Positions 18,635 through 28,158 of a stretch of 39,723 nucleotides of DNA are shown piece by piece; the stretch's first letter is position 1, and each line of letters starts with the position of its first letter. The DNA is from Myxococcota bacterium. GTDB taxonomy: Bacteria > Myxococcota_A > Bradymonadia > UBA7976 > UBA1532. Under the pieces are notes generated by a model, which saw only the letters and a list, made by a program, of their open reading frames with translations, had not been told where the DNA came from and ran no database searches. A program made the translations under genes and the position numbers. The stretch lies in contig JAKLJY010000075.1 in NCBI GenBank assembly GCA_023150895.1, positions 1 through 39,723 on the forward strand, given 5' to 3'.

Positions 18635-18717
18635 GGGGGCTCCAACGGGTGACGGGGGACGACATCAGATAGCGCGCGGGCGGGCGGCTGTCGAGGGGGG
18701 GGGCGCCGGCGGCCTTC

Positions 18718-21700
18718 TCACCGGTCGGGGCGCTGGGTCACCCGGATGGCACCGATCTCGGCTTTGCCCGCCCCGGCGCGGTTGACGAATCGCACGTCGA
18801 GCCGGCCGTCGGTGACGGGCACCAGGAAACGCCGGTGCTCCGCGGTGAACGTGCCGACCTCGAGCGCGATGTCATGGGCGGGCAGGAGCACGATGTCTTC
18901 GGCGATGACATCGAAGAGATGCGCGCCCGGCCGCTTGTTGACGATCTCGGCGAACAGCAGCTCGACCTCGTAGGTCCCGCTCGGCAGGCCGTCGAACCGG
19001 TACGCCGTGGGATCGCGGCGCAGGTTCTTGTACAGGGCGTCGTCCTCGGTGCCGGCGATGGCGCGGGCCGTCGCCACCGACGTCGACTTCTTGTTGATGT
19101 AGCCGAAGCCGCGAGCGACCGTGTACGGCGCGTCTGCCTCCCAGACGTCACCCACGACGTCCGTGTACAGGCCGCCGCCCGGGTTGAGCGCCTTCGTGAA
19201 GGCGGGCACGTTCAGCGTCACCGGGATCTCCAGTCTCGGATTGCGCGGGTCATTGGTCACGAGAACGATGCGTGCGCGGTAGAAGCCGGGAGACATGCCC
19301 GTCGTGTCGACGGTGATGGCCAGGTCGGTGCTGGCGCCCGCCTCGACGGTCCCGCGGGCGGGGTCGAGGGCGAGCCAGGGTACGTCCACGAAGGGCTCGA
19401 ACGCGGCGGCGTACGGGATGGCGTTCTCCAGGATGCGGTTGGGCTCCCACGGTGAAACCTGGTTGAACTCCATCGGCTGCCCGAGCGCCAGCACACGGCC
19501 GGCGCCGTAGTCGTATTCGACGCCCGTGGGCAGGCCGTGATCCAGGCCCATCGTCAGCACGGTGGCGCCTTCGGGCAGGCCATCGAAGCCCGCCATGCTC
19601 GCCGGGCCGGCCTCGAAGGGATCGGCGACGCCCTGCATCGTCGGGTGGCCGTTGGCGAGCACGTCATCGGAGAAGCTCTGGTACGTCAGGATGCCGACCC
19701 CGCCCGGCAGCGGCACGACCGAGCCGTCGCCCCCGTTCCAGCCGACGGAGGCCGCGCCGTAGAGCAGAAACCCGCCGTCGGCGACATAGGCGTCGAAGAC
19801 GGGGGCGACCTGGGCCAACGTGTCATAGAAGAACTGGGGTTGGTCGTTGGCCACGTAGACCATGCCGTAAGTGGACAGGTCGAGGCCGGCGAGTTCGGCG
19901 CTGCCCGCGATGTCGACGCGGATGCCGTTGGCGTTGAACACCTGCAGGTGGAGGTCGGAGTTCCAGGGGTAGTAGTCCATGAGCACCAGCGCGTCGCCCC
20001 CGGCCTGCGCGGCGGCGGCCGAGCGGGGCTGGTACTGCGGGGGCGGCGTCGCGGCATCGCCGTGTCCGGCTTGGGCCACGCGCGGCGCGAGGGCGGGCAC
20101 GCGCGCCACGTCTCGCTCGGCGGAGTCGAAGGCAAACGACAGCGCGCCGATGTTCTCGATGGCGACGACCTGCGTGCGCTGCTGTCCGGGCGCAATCTTG
20201 AGGAAGATCTCGGGCGTCTCGAGGACGGCGCGCGAAGAAGGCAGCGCGAAGTCCGCCGAAGCCACTGCGTTCTCCTCGATGATCGCGACGAGGCTCTCCG
20301 TGCCATAGTCCGGTGCGGACACGGTGAGGGCGTGCGAGCCGACCGGCAGCGTCAGGCTGTAACGGCCGTCGACACCGGTCACGCTCGCCCGGCCGGTCAC
20401 GTCGTCACTGACGATGGCGCCACTCACGGGCAGCCCGTCCACGCCGTCGACGACGGCGCCGGCGATCTCACCACCGATCGGGTTTGCGAACGAGATGACG
20501 AGCCCGTCGAACAGCACCGGCTGGTTCATCGAGTACTGGAAGCCGACGTCTCCGGCGGCGTTCTCGAGGCCGACGGTGGCGCCGATCCCGTTGGTGGTCT
20601 CCGTGATCCCCCGGTAGAGGAAGTCGATCCGCCCCGTGTGCTCATGGATCTGTACCTGGAAGTCGAATGGGTCGACCGACTGACCGAAGAGCACCATCGA
20701 GCGGTATTCGACGACGAAGACGCGGTCGCCCTCGACCCCCACGACCGTCGAGTAGACGCCGCCGTTCGCGACGAGGTCGTCCCAGTAGGGGAAGAGGGCG
20801 TTGTTCGGCTCTTCCGGGGACGGCAGCGGGCCGTTGACGTAGCTGAAGGCACCCGAAGCGTCGAAGCTGATGGTCCCATTCGTCGAAATCGTCGCCGACG
20901 TGTAGGTCCCGTCGAAGAACTTCACCGGGAACGGCAGCTCGACGGTGACGGCGGCGTCGTCCAGGGAGGACAGGCCGAGATCCGTGTCCGCGTCGATCCA
21001 GGCGACGTCGCCGCCGGTTCGGCAGGTGTGCCCGAAAGCGTCGGTGCGCTGCGCGAGGTGCAACCCCACCTCCAGGTCGGCCGCGAGCGAGACCGCGCGC
21101 TCACCGCGGTCGGTACATCCGCCGCCCGAGGCGGCGACGACGTAGTCTCCGGCGGGCAGGTCCGGGAAGCTGAATCCGCCGGTGGCGTCCGTCCGCACGG
21201 TCGGGACGGGTGCCCCCACGAGGCTGACGTCGATGCCCCCGAGCGGCGTGCCGGCCGCGTCGGTCACGGTGCCCGACAACGTATGGCGCGGCGCGTCGGC
21301 GAGCACGAGCAGGACCGTGACCTCGCCATCCTCGACGATGGCGAGGCCGGCCTCGGCGGCGGGCAGGTACCCGTAAGCCGTGGCAGACAGGTCGTAGATC
21401 TCCGGCTCACCGGCGCTGGCCTCGTCGACGGCAAGCAGCAGCGAGAAGGCCCCGGCGCCGTCCGTGACGGCACGGCGCACGCGGCCGTCGTCGCGTCGCG
21501 TGGCCACGAGCTGCACACCGGCGAGACCCGCGCCGGTCGGGTCGGTGACCTGCCCCGATACGCGCCCCGCCGTGGTCGGTGCCGCGTCGAGCGCCGCGCG
21601 CACGTCCAGACGGCCCTCGCCGAACTCGTTGTTGTCGGCCTCGTCGCCCCCGCAGCCGTAGACCGGCGCCAGGTCCGCGGCCGTCGACTCGAGCAGCGCG

Positions 21701-23001
21701 GCGGTGCCGGCGACGTCGCCTTGCAGGCTCGGAGCGGCGGACCACAGGAGCGCGATCGCGCCGCTCACGTGGGGGGCGGCCATCGAGGTGCCCGACAACC
21801 ACGAGTACCCACCGCCGGGCACGGACGACAAGACATCCTGCCCGGGGGCGGAGATGTCGGGCTTCAGCGAGCCGTCGATCGACGAGGGGCCCATGCTCGA
21901 GAACCAGGCGAGTGCGTCCGTGGTGTCCGTCGCGCCGACGCCGATGGATTCCGGGTAGTCCGCGGGCGAGCCGACGGTGCTGCACCCCGGCCCGCTGTTG
22001 CCGTTGGAGAACACGGGGAAGATGCCGGCGTCGCGCCAGGCCTGCACGATGCCCTGGAAAAAGAGATCACCGCCGCCGCCGCCCCAGGAGTTGTTGATCA
22101 CATGGGGCGCGCGGGCCGGATCGGGGTTGAGCCCGTTCTCGTCCGTGGGCGCGAGCATCCACTCGCCCGCGGCGAGCAGCACGTCGTACGGACAACTGCC
22201 ATAGGGGCAGGCCACGGCCGCGATGAACTTCGCGCCCGGCGCGACGCCGATGGCAGTGCCCCCCGCGTCGTCACCCACCATCGTCCCCATCGTGTGCGTG
22301 CCGTGAATGTCGGTATCACACGGCGCGCCCCCGCAGGCGCCGGAGGGGTCGAAGAAGTTGTAACCCATGCCGGGCGTGGCCGGGTCGTGTCCGCGAAAAC
22401 GACCGGAGAGCGCGGGGTGACTCACGTCGATCCCCGTGTCGAGGCTGCCGATCACGATGCCTTCGCCCTGGCCGAACTGGCTCCATGCCTCGGGCGCCCG
22501 GATCCGGTCGAGGTTCCACTCGGCCGGACTGGCGGCCACCTTGCCGAGGTCCACCGGACGCGGCACGGTGAGGACGCGGTCGGCCACGATGGCCGCCACG
22601 TCGGCGCGGCGCGCGAGCGTGTCGAGCAGCGCGGCGTCGCCCTCGACCTTGATGGCGTTGTTGATGAAGAAGCTCTTGTGCGGCGCCCGGGCCTGCAACA
22701 AGGCGGCCCGGACGCCCGCCTGCGTCCGGTCGGCGTTCGCTCTCAGGGCGTCGCGTGCGGCCCGGACGCGGCCGCCGTGCGTGCGCTCGGCCTGCGCCGC
22801 GGCGAGGTCCGGGCGCCCCCGCACCAGCACCCAGAACTCGCCCTTGCCCGCGCCGAGCCGTTCGCGCAGACCCGCCTCCACGGTGGCCCGCTCCATGGCG
22901 GCCGGGGCCGCCTGGGCCATCGCGCCCGATGGGACGGACACGAGTGTACTCGTCGAACACAGGGCGGCTGCGAGCGCAGCGGCGCCTTTCCACGTCTTCA
23001 T
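18718..23001 (-). CDS. Secreted S8-family subtilisin-like serine peptidase (1427 aa) with an N-terminal propeptide, CarbopepD_reg-like β-sandwich repeats and C-terminal carbohydrate-binding-like domains
   Basis: Signal peptide MKTWKGAAALAAALCSTSTLVSVPSGAMA. Catalytic triad motifs are SLDTGID (Asp), HGTHTMGT (His) and GTSMAAPHVSGA (Ser). Repeated 'GxVTDxxGxPLxGxxV' units are typical of carboxypeptidase-regulatory-like domains. The C-terminal region is malectin/CBM-like. Confidence 0.85.
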   Translation of the reverse strand: MKTWKGAAALAAALCSTSTLVSVPSGAMAQAAPAAMERATVEAGLRERLGAGKGEFWVLVRGRPDLAAAQAERTHGGRVRAARDALRANADRTQAGVRAALLQARAPHKSFFINNAIKVEGDAALLDTLARRADVAAIVADRVLTVPRPVDLGKVAASPAEWNLDRIRAPEAWSQFGQGEGIVIGSLDTGIDVSHPALSGRFRGHDPATPGMGYNFFDPSGACGGAPCDTDIHGTHTMGTMVGDDAGGTAIGVAPGAKFIAAVACPYGSCPYDVLLAAGEWMLAPTDENGLNPDPARAPHVINNSWGGGGGDLFFQGIVQAWRDAGIFPVFSNGNSGPGCSTVGSPADYPESIGVGATDTTDALAWFSSMGPSSIDGSLKPDISAPGQDVLSSVPGGGYSWLSGTSMAAPHVSGAIALLWSAAPSLQGDVAGTAALLESTAADLAPVYGCGGDEADNNEFGEGRLDVRAALDAAPTTAGRVSGQVTDPTGAGLAGVQLVATRRDDGRVRRAVTDGAGAFSLLLAVDEASAGEPEIYDLSATAYGYLPAAEAGLAIVEDGEVTVLLVLADAPRHTLSGTVTDAAGTPLGGIDVSLVGAPVPTVRTDATGGFSFPDLPAGDYVVAASGGGCTDRGERAVSLAADLEVGLHLAQRTDAFGHTCRTGGDVAWIDADTDLGLSSLDDAAVTVELPFPVKFFDGTYTSATISTNGTISFDASGAFSYVNGPLPSPEEPNNALFPYWDDLVANGGVYSTVVGVEGDRVFVVEYRSMVLFGQSVDPFDFQVQIHEHTGRIDFLYRGITETTNGIGATVGLENAAGDVGFQYSMNQPVLFDGLVISFANPIGGEIAGAVVDGVDGLPVSGAIVSDDVTGRASVTGVDGRYSLTLPVGSHALTVSAPDYGTESLVAIIEENAVASADFALPSSRAVLETPEIFLKIAPGQQRTQVVAIENIGALSFAFDSAERDVARVPALAPRVAQAGHGDAATPPPQYQPRSAAAAQAGGDALVLMDYYPWNSDLHLQVFNANGIRVDIAGSAELAGLDLSTYGMVYVANDQPQFFYDTLAQVAPVFDAYVADGGFLLYGAASVGWNGGDGSVVPLPGGVGILTYQSFSDDVLANGHPTMQGVADPFEAGPASMAGFDGLPEGATVLTMGLDHGLPTGVEYDYGAGRVLALGQPMEFNQVSPWEPNRILENAIPYAAAFEPFVDVPWLALDPARGTVEAGASTDLAITVDTTGMSPGFYRARIVLVTNDPRNPRLEIPVTLNVPAFTKALNPGGGLYTDVVGDVWEADAPYTVARGFGYINKKSTSVATARAIAGTEDDALYKNLRRDPTAYRFDGLPSGTYEVELLFAEIVNKRPGAHLFDVIAEDIVLLPAHDIALEVGTFTAEHRRFLVPVTDGRLDVRFVNRAGAGKAEIGAIRVTQRPDR

Positions 23002-23199
23002 GGCATTGCTCCTCGGGCGCCGCCTCGAAGCGGGCCCTCAATTGGAACCTGGCGACCGCCGGACCCTCCGGTGGTGCGCTCGGTCTGACCTCAGGAGCCC
23101 GTACTCGAAATCACCCCGCGCTCTTCTCGGGCGGGCGACGTTTTTCGTCCTCGGTGGCGATTTCGAAGCGTGCCCCGAGCGCCCGCGGTCCGGCCTGGA

Positions 23200-23493
23200 T
23201 CAGGATTTCGGCGTGCGGTTCGTCTGCGTTTCGGGTGGCGCGGACGTCGGTGGCGCGGCGTCCGCGGCCGAGAGCGCGGCAAAGCGCTTCAGAAGCTCGG
23301 CCTTGATGTCCGGCGGCATGGGCTCGGGCGGCAACTGACCGACCGTCTGAGCGGCGAGGCGCATCTGGCGGAGGTAGGCCCGGCAGGGGTGGCACATGCC
23401 CAGGTGGAACTGCACCTCGAGTCGCCGCCAGAACGACATGCGCCCTTCGGCGTAGTCGGTCACGATCTCGGTGAGTTCTCGGCAGCTCAGCAT
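23200..23493 (-). CDS. Anti-sigma factor, zf-HC2 (putative zinc-finger) family
   Basis: MLSCRELTEIVTDYAEGRMS…FHLGMCHPCRAYL contains the H-x3-C-x2-C zinc motif of ChrR/RsrA-like anti-sigma factors. It lies 4 bp downstream of the ECF sigma gene on the same strand. Confidence 0.7.
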   Translation of the reverse strand: MLSCRELTEIVTDYAEGRMSFWRRLEVQFHLGMCHPCRAYLRQMRLAAQTVGQLPPEPMPPDIKAELLKRFAALSAADAAPPTSAPPETQTNRTPKS

Positions 23494-23497
23494 GGCG

Positions 23498-24157
23498 TCA
23501 CTTCTTCTGGAGGAACTGTTCGAGCGCAGCCCGGACCCGGGTGCGCGCGCGGTGCAGCAGCACGCGCTGATTGATCTCGGAGATTTCCAGAATGTTACAG
23601 ACTTCTTCGCTCGTCGCGCCTTCGAGATCGCGCAGCGTCAGCACGGCGCGCTGCGCGGGCGGGAGCGCGTCGATCGCCGCGCCGATGACCTCGGCCGCGC
23701 CCCGGGTGGCGAGCAGCGACTCCGGCGTGTCCTGCACCCAGTCGGCGGGCGGTGAGGCCCAGTGACCGCCGGCCTTGAAACGGGCCGCGTCGACGGCGGC
23801 GGCCACGTCCCCGTCGGCCTCGACGAGCGCCGAGAACGGCACGTCGCGGCCATCCCGGCGGGCGCGGCTGCGCGCCTGATTGACCAGGATGCCGTAGATC
23901 CAGGTCTTGAGGCGCGCCCGGGGCTCGAAGCGCGGCAGACCGGCGATGACCCCGATCCAGGTCTCCTGCACGGCGTCTTCGGCGGCGGCACGATCGCGCA
24001 CGAAGACCTGTGCCAGGCGGACCATCGGGCCGTGGTGGCGATCGACGAGCGTCGCGAACGCCTGCGCATCGCCGCCGCGCAGGCGGGCGAGCAGCGCGAG
24101 GTCGTCGTCGGGCGTCGAACTGGGCGGGCGGGTGGTCACGGCGTAGTACGCGCGCAT
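23498..24157 (-). CDS. ECF-subfamily sigma-70 RNA polymerase sigma factor
   Basis: Region 2 (DDDLALLARLRGGDAQAFATLVDRHHGPMVRLAQVFVRDRAAAEDAVQETWIGV) and region 4 (LPPAQRAVLTLRDLEGATSEEVCNILEISEINQRVLLHRARTRVRAAL) are present. Start at MRAYYAV…, set by frame arithmetic. Confidence 0.85.
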   Translation of the reverse strand: MRAYYAVTTRPPSSTPDDDLALLARLRGGDAQAFATLVDRHHGPMVRLAQVFVRDRAAAEDAVQETWIGVIAGLPRFEPRARLKTWIYGILVNQARSRARRDGRDVPFSALVEADGDVAAAVDAARFKAGGHWASPPADWVQDTPESLLATRGAAEVIGAAIDALPPAQRAVLTLRDLEGATSEEVCNILEISEINQRVLLHRARTRVRAALEQFLQKK

Positions 24158-24230
24158 CGTGAAACGCGCGCCGAGGTCTGCCAAGGTCTTTCGTTCGCGT
24201 CCGTCGACGAGGGTTGGTACAGTCCCCCGC

Positions 24231-25649
24231 ATGTACGATTACGACTGGTTGGTCATCGGCTCCGGCCCCGCCGGCGAGAAGGGCGCCGTCCAGGCGGCGT
24301 GGTTCGGGCGCCGCGTGGCGGTGGTCGAGCGCGCGCCGGCGCACGGCGGGGCGTGCGTCCACACGGGCACGCTGCCGAGCAAGACGCTGCGCGAGACGGC
24401 CCTCTACCTCTCCGGGCACCGCCAGCGCGAAATGTACGGCCTCGACGTGCACCTGCAGCGCGATGTCTCCGTGAGCGATCTCATGTGCCGTCAAGCGGCC
24501 GTCCTCGGCAACGAAGCCGCCCGCATCGCGCGCAACTTCGAGCGCCACGGCGTGACGCAGCTTCGGGGCCACGCCGATTTTGTCGACGCGCACACCGTCC
24601 GCATCACGCCGCCCGAGGGCGCGGGGGCGCCCTACACGGTCACGGCCGACGCCATCCTGATTGCGACGGGCACGCGGCCGTTCCGCCCGGCGTGGGTGCC
24701 CTTCGGCGACCCGGGCATCGACTGCTCGGACACCATCCTGAACCTCGACCGCATCCCGCGCGCGATGGTGGTGCTCGGCGGGGGCGTGATCGGGTGCGAG
24801 TACGCCTCGATCTTCGCCGCCCTCGGCACGCGCGTCACCCTCGTCGAGGGGCGCGAACAGATCCTGGGCTTCCTGGACCCGGAGATCAACGCGCGGCTGT
24901 CGTCGGCGCTCGAGGCGCTCGGCTGCGAAATTCTGCTGAAACGCGAGGTCGTGCGCGTCGGGCGCGACGGCGACGGCACGCTCGTCTGTACGCTGGCGGA
25001 CGGGCGCGCGCTGCCGTGCGAGCGTCTGCTCTTCGCGGGCGGGCGCTCGGGCAACGTGGAGGGGCTCGCCCTGGAGAACGCCGGGATCACGCACGGGCCG
25101 CGCGGCCTGCTGAGCGTCGACGCGAACTACCGCGTGCAGAGCGCGCACGGCGGGCGCATCTACGCCGCGGGTGACATCATCGGCTTCCCGGCGCTGGCGT
25201 CGGTGGCGATGGAGCAGGGACGCGTCGCGGCGTGTCATGCCTTCGAACTCGGGTACAAGAGCGCCGTGTCGCCGCTGTTCCCCTATGGGCTCTATACCAT
25301 CCCGGAGGTGGCCACCATCGGCGAGACCGAGGCGCAGGCGACGGCTCGCGGCGAGGTGGTCGAGACCGGGCGGGCGTCCTACGGCGACAACGCCCGCGGT
25401 CAGATCGTGGGCGATCTGCAGGGGCTTCTGAAGGTGGTCTTCCGCGTGGCGGACAAGCGCTTGCTCGGCGTTCACATCATCGGTGAGCGGGCCACCGAGC
25501 TCGTGCACGTCGGCCAGACGGTGATGGCCCTCGACGGCACCATCGACACGCTGGTGCATCAGGTCTTCAACTTCCCGTCGCTGGGCGAGCTCTACAAGTA
25601 CGCCGCCTACGACGGCCTCGGGCGGCTCGCGCGGCGGGGGGCGAAGTGA
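24231..25649 (+). CDS. sthA: Soluble pyridine nucleotide transhydrogenase (Si-specific NAD(P)+ transhydrogenase)
   Basis: Collinear with E. coli SthA: MYDYDWLVIGSGPAGE (FAD GxGxxG), RVAVVER, GTLPSKTLRE, VLGGGVIGCEYASIF (NAD GxGxxG), YAAGDIIGFPALAS, LYTIPEVATIGETE, and no redox-active disulfide CxxxxC. Size is about 472 aa. Confidence 0.85.
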   Translation: MYDYDWLVIGSGPAGEKGAVQAAWFGRRVAVVERAPAHGGACVHTGTLPSKTLRETALYLSGHRQREMYGLDVHLQRDVSVSDLMCRQAAVLGNEAARIARNFERHGVTQLRGHADFVDAHTVRITPPEGAGAPYTVTADAILIATGTRPFRPAWVPFGDPGIDCSDTILNLDRIPRAMVVLGGGVIGCEYASIFAALGTRVTLVEGREQILGFLDPEINARLSSALEALGCEILLKREVVRVGRDGDGTLVCTLADGRALPCERLLFAGGRSGNVEGLALENAGITHGPRGLLSVDANYRVQSAHGGRIYAAGDIIGFPALASVAMEQGRVAACHAFELGYKSAVSPLFPYGLYTIPEVATIGETEAQATARGEVVETGRASYGDNARGQIVGDLQGLLKVVFRVADKRLLGVHIIGERATELVHVGQTVMALDGTIDTLVHQVFNFPSLGELYKYAAYDGLGRLARRGAK

Positions 25650-27532
25650 ACGCTCTCCTGCGGCGCGCGATGGGTGTGTTCGTCGTCGTGGGGATGCAGG
25701 CCTGCACCGAGACTTCGAGCGACACATCGACAAGTGCAGACGCGGCGCGGCCCGACGACGCTCGCTCCGTTCCGGAAGACACCATCGACCGCGGCCCGCC
25801 GGCGTCCGGAACGGACGGGTCGAACGACGCGCGCGTGGCGTTTGTCGATGCTCTCGACGCACCCGGCGCCGACGCTCGCGTGGTGCCCGACGCCGGTCCG
25901 CCCGTCGAGCCGGTCGATCCCACCGACCCCACCGACGCCGTCTTCGATTGGGACCATGTGATGACCGTCGAGGTGACGCTGCCCCCCGCGGACTGGGCGG
26001 CGCTGCGGCAACAGGGCCGCACGGATCTCGACACCCGTGGGGCGGACTGCATGGACGCGCCCTTTCCGTCGCCCTACACATGGTTCGAGGGCGACGCGAC
26101 CCTCGACGGGCGACCGTATGCCCGCGTCGGGGTGCGCAAGAAGGGCTTCTTCGGCTCGCTGAGCCGGTCGCGGCCGTCGCTCGTGCTCGATCTCGACCGC
26201 CACGTCGACGGGCAGGCGCACGAGACGCTGACCCGCATCGCCCTGAACAACGGCAAGCAGGATCCGAGTCGGCTGCGGACGTGCCTCTCGTACAGCATCC
26301 TCGCCGACGCGGGCGTGCCGGCGCCCCGGTGCCATTTCGCCCACGTCACGGTGAACGGCGAAGATCTGGGCCTGTACGCGCACGTCGAGAGCATCCGCAA
26401 ACCGTTCCTGCGCCGGCACTTCAGCGACGACGAGGGGCATCTGTACGAGGGGGCGCTGAGTGATTTCCGGCCCGGGTGGTCGGGCACCATCGAGCAGAAG
26501 ACCGACGAGGACGTGCCCCACCGGGCGCCGCTCGACGCCGTCACCGCGGCCGCCGCGGCCCCCGACGACACGCTGCTCGACGCGCTCGGCGCGGTGCTCG
26601 ATCTGCCGGCGTTCTATCGGTTCTGGGCGGCCGAGGTGATGATCGCGCACTGGGACGGGTACGCGGGCAATACGAACAACTTCTGGCTCTACGAGGACCC
26701 CGCGCAGGGGGGCCGCCTGGTCTTTCTGCCCTGGGGGCCGGACGGGGCGCTGCAGCCGCCCCGTGTGTTCTTCGAGGGGGCGATTGCGCCGGCGTCCGTC
26801 CTGGCGACGGGCATCCTCGCGCGCCGTCTGTACCTGCACCCCGAGGGTCGACGAGCGTATCTGACGACGCTGGCCCGCATGGTGGTCGATCACTGGTCGA
26901 CGGACGCGCTGCTCGCGCGGCTGGATCGCCTCGCCGCCCTCGTCGGGCCCCGTATGCCGCCCCAGCAACGCGCCGATCACACCCGCGCCGTCGCCGAGCT
27001 GCGGACGTGGGTCGCCGGGCAGCGCGGGCGACTCGAGGCCGAGCTCCTCCGGGGCGACGTGCCCTGGCCCTACCCGCTGCGGCCGTCGCTCTGCACGGTG
27101 CCCGCCGGTGAGCTGCACGGGGCGAGTCGGACGACCTGGGCCTCGTGGCCCACCGACGATGCATTTCGCTCGGGGTCGGGGCGTCTGGAGGGCACCTATC
27201 GCGACGTCCCGCTGGCCGTCCGGGCCGTGGGCGGCGCCGCAGGGCTCGACGAGAACGGGCAGGCCATCGCCCTCGTGCCCCTCTCGATGGCCGACGGTGC
27301 GCTCTGGTTCGTGTACCTCGCCTTCGACCGTGAACAGATCACGCCGGGCGAGCTCGACGCCGCGCAGTTGCCGGCCTGCTCGCTCAACGTCTTCGACGTC
27401 GAGACCGGCGCGGCGACCTACCTGGCGGACTGTCGTGACGGGCGACTGCGCATGACCGACGCCGCGCTCGTGCCGGGTGCCCCGTTTGCGTTCGAGTTCG
27501 ACGTCGGCCTCTGGGTGGGCCTCGGGCGTTGA
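25646..27532 (+). CDS. CotH-family (atypical kinase-like, spore-coat-protein-H-like) lipoprotein
   Basis: Lipobox VVVGMQAC. CotH signature blocks are present: NNGKQDPSRLRTCLSYSILADAGVP, VTVNGEDLGLYAHVESIRKPFLRRHF, HLYEG, AHWDGYAGNTNNFWLYEDP. The start overlaps the sthA stop (GTGA). The last ~30 codons are duplicated at 30338–30453. Confidence 0.65.
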   Translation: MNALLRRAMGVFVVVGMQACTETSSDTSTSADAARPDDARSVPEDTIDRGPPASGTDGSNDARVAFVDALDAPGADARVVPDAGPPVEPVDPTDPTDAVFDWDHVMTVEVTLPPADWAALRQQGRTDLDTRGADCMDAPFPSPYTWFEGDATLDGRPYARVGVRKKGFFGSLSRSRPSLVLDLDRHVDGQAHETLTRIALNNGKQDPSRLRTCLSYSILADAGVPAPRCHFAHVTVNGEDLGLYAHVESIRKPFLRRHFSDDEGHLYEGALSDFRPGWSGTIEQKTDEDVPHRAPLDAVTAAAAAPDDTLLDALGAVLDLPAFYRFWAAEVMIAHWDGYAGNTNNFWLYEDPAQGGRLVFLPWGPDGALQPPRVFFEGAIAPASVLATGILARRLYLHPEGRRAYLTTLARMVVDHWSTDALLARLDRLAALVGPRMPPQQRADHTRAVAELRTWVAGQRGRLEAELLRGDVPWPYPLRPSLCTVPAGELHGASRTTWASWPTDDAFRSGSGRLEGTYRDVPLAVRAVGGAAGLDENGQAIALVPLSMADGALWFVYLAFDREQITPGELDAAQLPACSLNVFDVETGAATYLADCRDGRLRMTDAALVPGAPFAFEFDVGLWVGLGR

Positions 27533-27564
27533 TGTCGTTTCGTCATCACCCTACACTCGGCGTC

Positions 27565-27819
27565 ATGGCAAGGACGCAGATTCAACTCCCCGACGCGGTA
27601 TACGAAGAACTCGAGATCCTCTCGGAACGTCTCGACGTCTCGATGGCGGAGCTCCTGCGGCGGGGGGCCGAGTACGTCCTTCGCGCACATCGTGCCGGAG
27701 AAGTGCCTTCTGCTCCGTGGGGGCTGCCCGAGCCACTCGACCTCGGCACGCCGATGGTCCCGGTTGATCGGTGGCGCGAACTCGCCGCCGGCCCCGGCGT
27801 CGAGGATGTTCTCCCGTGA
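27565..27819 (+). CDS. Ribbon-helix-helix (CopG/Arc-like) antitoxin
   Basis: MARTQIQLPDAVYEELEILSERLDVSMAELLRRGAEYVL has the RHH β-strand plus two helices. Its stop overlaps the start of the downstream PIN gene by 4 bp (GTGA). Confidence 0.55.
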   Translation: MARTQIQLPDAVYEELEILSERLDVSMAELLRRGAEYVLRAHRAGEVPSAPWGLPEPLDLGTPMVPVDRWRELAAGPGVEDVLP

Positions 27820-28046
27820 GGGAGGTCGTTGCTTTCGACACCAACATCCTCATCTACGCCCTGAACGCGAGTGTGCCCGAACACCTCGCGGCGCGGCGAT
27901 TCCTGGAAGAGCTTGGTGAACGCGACTCGGTGGTCGTCAGTGAGCTCGTGCTCATCGAACTCTACGGGCTGCTCCGGATTTCGCTCGGCGTCGCATTTTC
28001 GATGCTCGCCTGGCCGGCGCGCGCCCTCGACAGGGCACTGAAGTGA
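27816..28046 (+). pseudogene. Truncated VapC-like PIN-domain toxin (N-terminal about 76 aa only)
   Basis: VVAFDTNILIYALNASVPEHLAARRFLEEL is the canonical PIN N-terminus with its first acidic residue (…FDTN…). The ORF stops after about 76 aa, so the distal catalytic Asp residues are missing. The convergent lipoprotein gene ends 113 bp later. Confidence 0.45.
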
Positions 28047-28158
28047 ACCCCGAGGGCGAAGCGCTGCGCGCGGTGCCTGCGTGGCGAGTGAGTCGCCAGC
28101 ACCGATGGGCACCAATCGCAGCTCGGAATCGCCGCCCGTCGAACACGGGACCGCCTGC

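Noticed and set aside
19537-23088. 1183-aa plus-strand ORF antisense to the S8 peptidase gene
   Set aside because: Arg/Gly/Val-rich; the opposite strand encodes a protein with the complete subtilase catalytic triad. GC artefact.
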